Shown here piece after piece: positions 17,613 to 26,119 of a DNA stretch of 32,000 bases. Location of the stretch: contig OW818668.1 of assembly GCA_942493105.1 (NCBI GenBank), positions 360,001 through 392,000 of the forward strand, written 5' to 3'. The notes beneath the pieces are model-generated. The model saw only the letters and a program-made list of their open reading frames with translations. It was not told the DNA's origin and did not search any database. Made by a program: the position numbers and the translations under genes. This DNA comes from an uncultured Erysipelotrichaceae bacterium. GTDB taxonomy: Bacteria > Bacillota_I > Bacilli_A > Erysipelotrichales > Erysipelotrichaceae. Position 1 is the stretch's first letter. Every line of letters begins with the position of its first letter.

Positions 17613-18611
17613 TTGAACAAATTTGATGGATTGTTGTTTGGAAATGGCCTATCGATTTGCTTACTTGATCAGCTGAAAGTACACATCCCAGAAAATAAAA
17701 GGTATCTTTTTAATATCAATGATTTCCTAAAGTTACTTGCGAAAAACGGATTAAACAAAAGAGAAGATAACAAAGTTTTTAGCTCATTTTATAACAAATC
17801 AGACTCTTTCAGTTACAAAAATTATGTGAAGTTAAAGTCGAATCTAACTTTGTATTTTATGAACCATGATGCTGATTTTGAACTACACTTCGGATCAGAT
17901 TTGTTTCAAACTAAAGAATGCGATTATGATTTTGAACTTCTAAAAACACTCACCCCTTTTCTATATAACATTTGGCATCAAATACTACTTGATTACATTA
18001 TGAGTTTAGGGTTGGATATGAAGATGAAGGTATTTATGAACTGTGTTAAAGATTCCCTATATTCTAACCCGAGCATCTTCACCACTAACTTTGATAGATT
18101 CGCCGAAATTTTAGAACCACAACATTTGCACGGTAGATTCGTATATCCATACAAATACTTGAAAGATCTTGAACTATGTCAAATTGATGTGAATACGTTC
18201 TATTATAAATGTATTTGGGGTTGGAATGGTATTGGTAAATATAACATGATTAATGAAGTAATGCGTTTCCCTGATTTTAAAAATCATTTTGATTTTGATT
18301 TTTTTTATCAAAATGAACTTAATATAAATCACTTATTGATTTATGGAATAGGATTCAAAAAATCAGGTTATATAGACAAAATATCGATGGTAAATCCCAT
18401 GTATAAAGAACCTGTTATTGGTGGTATCATTGACGAACATATATTATTAAGAATAAAGAGTTTACAAACTCAAAAAATGTTACATAGAATTACATTTGCT
18501 TATTATAACGAAGATGATTTATTGCATTACAAAAGCCTGACAAAACTATTTGAACTAAGACAAGTAGAGTACGTTAAGTCGACTGAGTTTAAATATTCAG
18601 TAAGTTTATAG
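17613..18611 (+). CDS. Stand-alone SIR2-like (DUF4917-like) protein, candidate NADase effector
   Basis: 332 aa, TTG start with AAAGGA upstream. It has the N-terminal glycine loop LLFGNGLSI (compare sirtuin GAGIS). IFTTNFD (residues 155-161, nt 18075-18095) parallels TQNID/TTNYD. HLHG (residues 171-174, nt 18123-18134) parallels the sirtuin catalytic-His motif ELHG. Confidence 0.55.
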   Translation: MNKFDGLLFGNGLSICLLDQLKVHIPENKRYLFNINDFLKLLAKNGLNKREDNKVFSSFYNKSDSFSYKNYVKLKSNLTLYFMNHDADFELHFGSDLFQTKECDYDFELLKTLTPFLYNIWHQILLDYIMSLGLDMKMKVFMNCVKDSLYSNPSIFTTNFDRFAEILEPQHLHGRFVYPYKYLKDLELCQIDVNTFYYKCIWGWNGIGKYNMINEVMRFPDFKNHFDFDFFYQNELNINHLLIYGIGFKKSGYIDKISMVNPMYKEPVIGGIIDEHILLRIKSLQTQKMLHRITFAYYNEDDLLHYKSLTKLFELRQVEYVKSTEFKYSVSL

Positions 18612-19071
18612 TTATAAAGATTCATATATTTTTCGAAATATTCCATGAGAAAATAGAAAGAATTAATAGATGTGGCAGAATAAGTGTGCTATGTTCAGGA
18701 AATATTGGTTACCCACACAACAGTTCTGACTCTACATTTTTATTGATCCTTAGTGATAAATCACAAGTTAATGAATTCTGACTTGTTGTAAAAGCAACAT
18801 AAAGACTGATTTTAAAATTGCATAGCGTCCATCCAGTAAAATAAAATAAAATCTCACACCGAATCTTTGTATCAATATATCTCTTTCTTATTTTCTGAAT
18901 TTACAGGTTCCTATTCTACCTGCCCAGTTTAGTTTAGCCAATTCATTGTTTTTCAACTAAAGTCAACCTTTTCCATTCTCTGACAAAAACTCTACTCCCT
19001 TATAAGTTGGGATTAAAGTGAGACAGAATACCTAAAGAAAGAATACAGGATTTTCAAATTGCCTTGAAGGG

Positions 19072-20310
19072 CTAATCTTTAGATAAAATGTTCTCAGATA
19101 TATAATCAACTTGCTTAAAAATCTCAACCAGTACATTTACAACAATACTGTTTCCAACTAATCGAATTAGTTTTTCTCTGGTAAAAAAGGAGGAATTTCT
19201 TCTTGTCATATAATCATTGTCTATTAGAGCTTGATAATCTTTCTCATCGAATCCCATGAGTAAAAAGCACTCTCTTGGTGTTAAATTTCTGTATGGAGAC
19301 TTCTTTATTGAGTCGGAACTAAATGCGACTAGTCCTGAATTTGGGTTTCTATCTTGTTTTGTTGTTATTGTATTTACATGTTTAACTTTAAACATTTCGC
19401 CATCATAAATCATAATATTTTCATTCATGATCTTTCTTCTTGAAGGAGTATCGTTTGGATTACTCCAGTCTGCTTCTTTTTTATATTTCGAAATCGAATA
19501 ATCAAGTTTTAGAAAATTTTCCAAATTTGGTAAATTGTTGTCAACTACTTTTTCCAAATTATGTCTGTCAAAGTATCTCTTAATTAGCTTTTTTTCACCT
19601 TTCCTCTTTGCTAAAACACTCAGCATAAAAGTCCTTTTCCTATTTTGTGGAATTCCAAAATTCGTAGCGGATAATGTATATAGTTGATTATGATAACCCA
19701 CGCCTTCAAGATAATTTTTCCACTCTTCAAAGCTTTCTGAATGAATATTCGAAAGTATATTAGTGACATTCTCCATAAGTAGAAATTTAGGTAACTTAGC
19801 ATTAGTATTAACTAGTTCCATAAGTAACCTTTCAACTTCCCAAAGTAGACTTGACCTATTATTTGAGTTACGATTAATGCCTGATACGTTACCATGCCAT
19901 CTACCTGATATGGATAAATCTTGACATGGAAATGAGTATGTTAATAGATCAATATTTCGCGGAAGATCCTCAGCATTAATATCTTTGATACTTACCAAAT
20001 TTCTACTTCTCTGTATTGCAATGTAGACCCTTCTAAGAGTTTCAATTGGTAACTTATTTAGAGAATCTTTCTTTATTGGAACTTTCCCATTGTTACTTAG
20101 AGTATATTTATGTAAATTCGAGACGAGTTCTTTCTTAGTCAGATTAGCAAAAAGACTTGGATTTTGCGGTCCATTGTGGATGATATCGTATGCATAAATG
20201 GCTCCGATATCCCACTCAACTGTTGCCACAATTTCATGTTCAATCCCTAGAGTTTTTAATGCTTTTGCTTGGCTTCCTATCCCACTGAACATTTCCACTA
20301 CTCTAAGCAT
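19072..20310 (-). CDS. dcm: DNA (cytosine-5)-methyltransferase
   Basis: 412 aa with all the key C5-MTase motifs: I VEMFSGIGS, IV SFPCQDLS, VI LLMENV, VIII QNRKRTF and X GNSIVV. RBS GAGGT lies upstream. It is the last gene of the five-gene operon. Confidence 0.9.
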   Translation of the reverse strand: MLRVVEMFSGIGSQAKALKTLGIEHEIVATVEWDIGAIYAYDIIHNGPQNPSLFANLTKKELVSNLHKYTLSNNGKVPIKKDSLNKLPIETLRRVYIAIQRSRNLVSIKDINAEDLPRNIDLLTYSFPCQDLSISGRWHGNVSGINRNSNNRSSLLWEVERLLMELVNTNAKLPKFLLMENVTNILSNIHSESFEEWKNYLEGVGYHNQLYTLSATNFGIPQNRKRTFMLSVLAKRKGEKKLIKRYFDRHNLEKVVDNNLPNLENFLKLDYSISKYKKEADWSNPNDTPSRRKIMNENIMIYDGEMFKVKHVNTITTKQDRNPNSGLVAFSSDSIKKSPYRNLTPRECFLLMGFDEKDYQALIDNDYMTRRNSSFFTREKLIRLVGNSIVVNVLVEIFKQVDYISENILSKD

Positions 20311-20327
20311 TATTTACCTCGCATTAA

Positions 20328-22403
20328 TTATTTTGGAAAGGCTTCTATTCTTAACCGCTCCAATATTTCAATTATCTTCTTACATTGACTTTCTGACGGA
20401 AAGCGACCCTTTTCTATAGCTATTGCAGCCCCTATGAAACTCTTATCTGTGATTGATAGTAACGATCTATCGGATCCCCAGTTAAGTAAAAACTTCCAAT
20501 TCTCAGGACCAAAACTGTGCACTTGTAACATATAATCAATATTTTTATCCTGCTTCATAATATCTTTGGCATCTTTTTTATCTTCAACAACACTGCTTTT
20601 GTAAATCAAATCATTAACAAATTGTGGTTGGAGTATAACTTTTATTGATTTTGCACTATTCCAACAGCCTTCCCTTTTTGCCCATTCAGTAACGTTTTCA
20701 ACTTCCCTATCATCACTTACTAGATGATTGTACATTAGTTCAGATATATTCTCAATTTGTTTTATCCAACTAGATGGCAATTTTTGTAGTTGCCATATAG
20801 TTTTGTAAGGTATTGATCTTTCAGGATACTGTCTTTCAATTGTGTATATTAGTTTTGATATAGTATAAGCTACAATATTTGCTTTGTAACTGTTCTTAAA
20901 CCAGGTCTGTAATTTGACAATTTTATCTGTTTCTTTAAACATAATAGCCATACAGATAACTCTACGGTAATAATCTTCATTAAATTCTATATCACTTTTC
21001 CCCCATTGGCTTGTTACACTGTCGGCAAATTTAGAGAATGATTTTTGGCCACCCGCACTTGCAATATGAGGTAACATCTCATAAATGTTCATAAATTTTG
21101 CCAAATCAATTTTTTTGAACATCTGGTTCTTCGGGTTAGCCATTTCAAATTTATTTCTTTCCGAAATAGAAGATTTATATGTCTCTTGCTGATACTGACC
21201 ATTCGCTCTTTCATAATACCAAGATGTCCCATATTGTCTACCTTCGGTTGCCGGTGCCTTTATCCTTCGAGAGAAGTTCTCCATGCGAATATGAAAGGGA
21301 TGATTTGACCAAAGATCTGAATCACTAACCTTATTTTGCGAGTTTGCATATCTAGATATTTCTGGTATTAAAAGCACTGCCTTTTCATGATTAACAATAG
21401 AAAGCTTCATTGGTACTGAAATTTGCGCTATTTTATTCTCAGAATCTTCTTTTTTATCATTTAAGAGAGCCATTGCTAAAGATGCAGTTGTTTGACCACC
21501 ATTGACTATTTGTAATGCAGTAATTTTAATTATATGTGGGATTCCGTCTATAAAACTCATTTCGACATTACTAGCTGTTGCTGCAATCCCATTATTATAA
21601 GCAAAAAATAGAGTCGGATTATTCAAAATTGTATTCCTTATTCCTTTATTGACCTTACCTTTTGTTTGAAGGAAGGATCTAACATTACCTTCAAGTAAAC
21701 GTCCACCAAATTTATTGTAAATTGTTGCGAGTAATTGACCAGGAATATTGCATAGATAAGCTTCGTAATCCTCAGTCTTGCTTGCCATTAAGCACGGAAC
21801 ACCATTTGTACCATATTCCCTTAAGTCGATAATTACATCCTCTTTCACAACCCCAGATTCGGCTAAATTATATATTCTCTCAGTGTCCCATATATGATAT
21901 TCAACTATTTTTCCGTTTATAGTTCCTTGTTCAAGTCGTTTAATTTGCTTACTCATAACCATATCAGTAAAAAGAAAAATGCGATACTTTTTTACTATGC
22001 TATATTTTTTGGTTATATCATACGCAAGCCCATATCCAGGAGCACTTTCTTCTGCATTCTCGAGTATCATATCTGCATCTTCAATAAAAGAAACTGCCTT
22101 ATTAAAACTTTTATCAGCTTCCGTTGATGTTAAAGTTTCACCACTAAAATCAGTTAAAGAGGGGCCAATAAATAATGATAATACATCATCGAATTCATCA
22201 TAAGTATATCCATCAATCTGAATTTTCCTTCTATTCTTGCCAATTCCCTCAAATGGCAAATATTCAAAACTTTCAATTTCTTCACTATCCATTAAAGTTT
22301 CAGAATAGTTTTTAAAAAATGCCTCTCTTGTTGATATCAGTTCCGAAGCAGCATCCACCTTTATTTGCTCAAAAACATACTCACAATATTCTTTAATATT
22401 CAC
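20328..22403 (-). CDS. AIPR (abortive-infection phage-resistance) family protein
   Basis: 691 aa, GTG start with RBS AAGAGGTGG. The central NNGIAATA ... QIVNGGQTTASL motif is characteristic of AIPR/DGQHR-type proteins. Confidence 0.75.
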   Translation of the reverse strand: MNIKEYCEYVFEQIKVDAASELISTREAFFKNYSETLMDSEEIESFEYLPFEGIGKNRRKIQIDGYTYDEFDDVLSLFIGPSLTDFSGETLTSTEADKSFNKAVSFIEDADMILENAEESAPGYGLAYDITKKYSIVKKYRIFLFTDMVMSKQIKRLEQGTINGKIVEYHIWDTERIYNLAESGVVKEDVIIDLREYGTNGVPCLMASKTEDYEAYLCNIPGQLLATIYNKFGGRLLEGNVRSFLQTKGKVNKGIRNTILNNPTLFFAYNNGIAATASNVEMSFIDGIPHIIKITALQIVNGGQTTASLAMALLNDKKEDSENKIAQISVPMKLSIVNHEKAVLLIPEISRYANSQNKVSDSDLWSNHPFHIRMENFSRRIKAPATEGRQYGTSWYYERANGQYQQETYKSSISERNKFEMANPKNQMFKKIDLAKFMNIYEMLPHIASAGGQKSFSKFADSVTSQWGKSDIEFNEDYYRRVICMAIMFKETDKIVKLQTWFKNSYKANIVAYTISKLIYTIERQYPERSIPYKTIWQLQKLPSSWIKQIENISELMYNHLVSDDREVENVTEWAKREGCWNSAKSIKVILQPQFVNDLIYKSSVVEDKKDAKDIMKQDKNIDYMLQVHSFGPENWKFLLNWGSDRSLLSITDKSFIGAAIAIEKGRFPSESQCKKIIEILERLRIEAFPK

Positions 22404-22442
22404 TTTCCACCTCTTTCAAAGTTTTTCATTAATAAAAGCAGT

Positions 22443-23360
22443 CTATTTTTTAAATCGTATGATTTCATTTATTGACAATTCATATTTTGCACTTAGGACA
22501 GCTATAGGTACTTGAGTTCTTCGCATGCACGGGAAATCTCTATTAACAGTATATTCAACAAAACAACTATACCTAAATGGTTTTTCATCGTACTCTCTAC
22601 TAGCATAGTACTTATGAAGTAGTAGAATTTCTTTAAATCTATCTTTTAGATTATCAGTAGGAATCTGAAGAAATATTTCACTTATTATCGAATTTAACGT
22701 TATCCCCGATTTATCTTCCTGGCTAGTTTTATCTAGATAAACAACAACTAAATTTCCATCAATATCCACATCAAGTTGCTCAATTGAAGATATCAAGACT
22801 TTTTCCGAACCTAGGGATGTAGCTTTTATCTCCCACCAGGTTTCTTCAGTAACAAAGTCTTGGTCAGCTCGTTCGGGACCAATCCAAGAATTTAACCCTT
22901 TCTCGTAACCGATCTCAACAAAAAGCTTATTCCTTAAGAAAATAAGCTCACCAATAAGGCCCTTAATCTCAGGAATTGTCAACAAATCTCCATTGTTCTT
23001 TAATAACATTTTTTGCCATTTTCTATACCTATCACAAAAGAATAGTACCCCTTCGTCATTAGATAAAACTTTTCTTGATGACTCTATCATGTCTTCACAA
23101 AAAGAGTAAAACATTTCTTCATAATTTTCTTGAAGCAAAGTAAGTGATAATGCCCATTTAGAGTCATGTCTCATTCCAATTTCAACTCCAATAAACTGAG
23201 AAGAATTAATATTTCTCGGTTCAATATCTGTAATTAAAAGAAGTGTCAGTCTTCTTGTTGAATCAAATCCAATATATAGATCGAGAATATGATTTTCATC
23301 GACACGCTGAAAGTTGTTTACTCCGAATAGTCCATTAAATCTATATGCAATAGTTTCCAT
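22443..23360 (-). CDS. PD-(D/E)XK motif nuclease-fold protein
   Basis: 305 aa. GLIGELIFL ... ERADQDFV-x9-WWEIKATS gives an E...D...ExK arrangement. The ATG overlaps the upstream stop (TAATG at 23358-23362). This protein type is the usual partner of Z1 and AIPR genes. Confidence 0.65.
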   Translation of the reverse strand: METIAYRFNGLFGVNNFQRVDENHILDLYIGFDSTRRLTLLLITDIEPRNINSSQFIGVEIGMRHDSKWALSLTLLQENYEEMFYSFCEDMIESSRKVLSNDEGVLFFCDRYRKWQKMLLKNNGDLLTIPEIKGLIGELIFLRNKLFVEIGYEKGLNSWIGPERADQDFVTEETWWEIKATSLGSEKVLISSIEQLDVDIDGNLVVVYLDKTSQEDKSGITLNSIISEIFLQIPTDNLKDRFKEILLLHKYYASREYDEKPFRYSCFVEYTVNRDFPCMRRTQVPIAVLSAKYELSINEIIRFKK

Positions 23361-26119
23361 TATTCTATATCCTCCGAGAAATCATTGAAATCTAAATCAT
23401 CCATTTCGAAGAGTTCCCTAAACTTTATTATATTTATCTTATATTGTAATGTTTTACTAGGGCCAGAGTTGGTACGTGGAATACCCAACCCCAAACCAAT
23501 AAGAGGATAACCTAATTCATGAGCAATTACTTTTCTCTTTTCATCTTCAATCTCAATTAGATCAGCATTCTTAATAAGCGACTTTAATTCAACAGGATAA
23601 ATCACCAATAATGGGTTTCTAGTGATTCCCGTATTAAAATACATATCTTGAGAGAAACTACGAGTCTCATCATTTTTTGTTTGAATAGCGCGTTCCTTAT
23701 CTTCTATCTCTTTTACTGTTTGTTTTAATAAACCACCTTTAGCAAAAGTGGTGGATCCCAATCTTGATTTAGAACCAGATAATTGTATTGCTTTAGAACT
23801 TACTTTGACATCAAATTTTCTCATAACTGTGGAAACTTCTGTGCCACAGAAATCAATCCTAGTCCCGTTTCCTCCAGCTATTACAACGTCCCAGTAATCG
23901 AGAGAACTATCTTCATAATTCCTAATAAAATTTACTAGGTCTTCTGGGCGAAAGTCAAAATTCAATTGATGAGAACTAAATGAGTTTAAATACTCAACAA
24001 TATAGTCTTTATGAACTCTTAATATTTGAGGGTTTGCGATAGCGAGGTTCGGATTATCACTAAACTTGTAGCCAGTATTTATGAGTTTTTCGAAAAAAGC
24101 AACCGTTGCCTCTCTATTTAACTTAGTCTCATTTACGTCATTATGCAAAAAAGGTGTTTCAATCATCTTTCCATTTAAACTTACAGTGAAAACATAATCC
24201 TTCGCTGAACGCATTTTGTTTCTAGCTGTAACTAATAATGTATTTATATCCGAACGAACGCATAAACCAAAATCTTGTGGGGTTTTATTTTCCGCCTGCA
24301 TTCTACGAACTTCTCTCCTTAGTTCATCAGCTGCTTCAGAAATGTAACTATACCAATTAATTGCCCCCTCAGACATCCATACTTGGCATAAATCAGAATA
24401 TCCATCTCTATATCCAAACCACCTTCCCATTTGCATTAACGTATCATACATCTTCGAATTACGATAGAAGTAACTAATAGTTAGCCCCTCTAAAGTAAGG
24501 CCTCTCGATAAACTGAATCCTCCAACAGCTATTAGTCGGAGTCCTTCTTCCTTATTCTCATCGTAATTTAAGTTTTTTGTTGCATTCCCACCATTAATAG
24601 ATCTAGTTACTATAGATGATATAGAATCACTTAAAGTATTAAGAACTTGAGTCCACATAAACTCACTTGATGAGTAATAAGTCATAAAAATGTATTTTAA
24701 AAATATTATTGATTCGAATTTTTCGTCAGACTTGTTCACTAAATAATAGTTTTTAACCTCTCTTTGACAATCTCTAACAAATATGTCGATGAGTTTTTGA
24801 AGCTTATTTTGAACATTAATAAACCTACTAACATTCACTAGCATTGATCTATGTTTATTACTATGACCCCGAAGATCCCTTATTGCATTGGCAATAAAAA
24901 ACGATCCTATTGCATTTCTTAAACTCTTCGGCATTTCTAAAGGTTCATAATCCTTTTTATGACTTAATGGAATAAAATATTCACAATCATCATTTTCTTT
25001 TCCTTTAATCATATAACTATATCTACAGTCTTCGCTAAAGATATCTCTTGCTCCAACATAATTTGTAGGTGGTTCAAGAGCAAAAATAAAATCTCTTGGA
25101 AAAAGGTCGTCGGAAAGCATTTCTGAAGTGGTGTCTGGATTTATAAATATATTTGCGAATGGAGTTGCAGTAAATCCTACATAGTTTGCTTTTACGAAAA
25201 GTTTTAGTAACTTCCTAATGTTCTGATTAATTATCGTTGGGTCTTCTTCTTCTCTTGTGTTAACTGAGGCGTTATCCGCTTCGTCATCAATTAGCAACAT
25301 GGGTAAATCAATTCTCTTATCTTGTTGGTTTGCGTTGAATATTCTCATCCATTGTTCTAATTTTTCAAGTACACTCTTGTTCTTTTTTAATACGAATAAA
25401 ACAGGATCACTAATACTTGATAATTTACCACTTAACTTTCTAGCAGTACCAATATTGAAATCACTTGATGTAGAAGTTACTGCCCAAGCAGAAATACTTG
25501 GATCTATATTGCCAACCCCCACTAGTACATTATCTTTATTTATATTAAATGCGGTACTATCAAGACCCACAAATCCTTCATCTAATCGACCTTGTGTTTG
25601 CTGTCTTAACTTCTCAATTGTTCCTGTAAGTAAGATTATTATTTTATAGCCTGAATCTGCCGCCTTATTTATAAGTGCGGTATAAGTCGAGGTTTTTCCC
25701 GATTGTACATCCCCAATTACTAACCCGCGTCTTTGAAACTCGGTATTAGTGTGAGGATTACCTAATAAATCCATCATTTCATCAGTTGATGCATCCAATG
25801 TATTTACTACGTCATTATTAAAACCAATGTTTGTTATAAGAAAATTCCTATATCGATCCCAATACTTAGAATCCCTTTGTTTTTTTGCGTTATAATACCA
25901 ACTTGCATGACCTAAACTTTTAACAAATGCTCCACGGTCCATCCTTATAGCGAGTTTTGAATGCAAATTCTTAATAACTTCAGTTTTTTCATCTTCAGTT
26001 AATGGATTAATTACTGAAAATACATCAACATATTCACTTATGATGTCTTCGGTCACCGACTCACTGGCTTGAATCTGTACCAAAACAAGATTTAAAACAT
26101 TAGTTTGATTTGAGTTCAA
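23360..26119 (-). CDS. Z1-domain SF2-like NTPase
   Basis: 919 aa. It has Walker A GDVQSGKTS, DEAD-like LLIDDEADNAS, motif III FTATPFAN and motif VI-like QMGRWFGYRDGY within the region I recognise as the Z1 domain. Confidence 0.75.
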   Translation of the reverse strand: MNSNQTNVLNLVLVQIQASESVTEDIISEYVDVFSVINPLTEDEKTEVIKNLHSKLAIRMDRGAFVKSLGHASWYYNAKKQRDSKYWDRYRNFLITNIGFNNDVVNTLDASTDEMMDLLGNPHTNTEFQRRGLVIGDVQSGKTSTYTALINKAADSGYKIIILLTGTIEKLRQQTQGRLDEGFVGLDSTAFNINKDNVLVGVGNIDPSISAWAVTSTSSDFNIGTARKLSGKLSSISDPVLFVLKKNKSVLEKLEQWMRIFNANQQDKRIDLPMLLIDDEADNASVNTREEEDPTIINQNIRKLLKLFVKANYVGFTATPFANIFINPDTTSEMLSDDLFPRDFIFALEPPTNYVGARDIFSEDCRYSYMIKGKENDDCEYFIPLSHKKDYEPLEMPKSLRNAIGSFFIANAIRDLRGHSNKHRSMLVNVSRFINVQNKLQKLIDIFVRDCQREVKNYYLVNKSDEKFESIIFLKYIFMTYYSSSEFMWTQVLNTLSDSISSIVTRSINGGNATKNLNYDENKEEGLRLIAVGGFSLSRGLTLEGLTISYFYRNSKMYDTLMQMGRWFGYRDGYSDLCQVWMSEGAINWYSYISEAADELRREVRRMQAENKTPQDFGLCVRSDINTLLVTARNKMRSAKDYVFTVSLNGKMIETPFLHNDVNETKLNREATVAFFEKLINTGYKFSDNPNLAIANPQILRVHKDYIVEYLNSFSSHQLNFDFRPEDLVNFIRNYEDSSLDYWDVVIAGGNGTRIDFCGTEVSTVMRKFDVKVSSKAIQLSGSKSRLGSTTFAKGGLLKQTVKEIEDKERAIQTKNDETRSFSQDMYFNTGITRNPLLVIYPVELKSLIKNADLIEIEDEKRKVIAHELGYPLIGLGLGIPRTNSGPSKTLQYKINIIKFRELFEMDDLDFNDFSEDIE

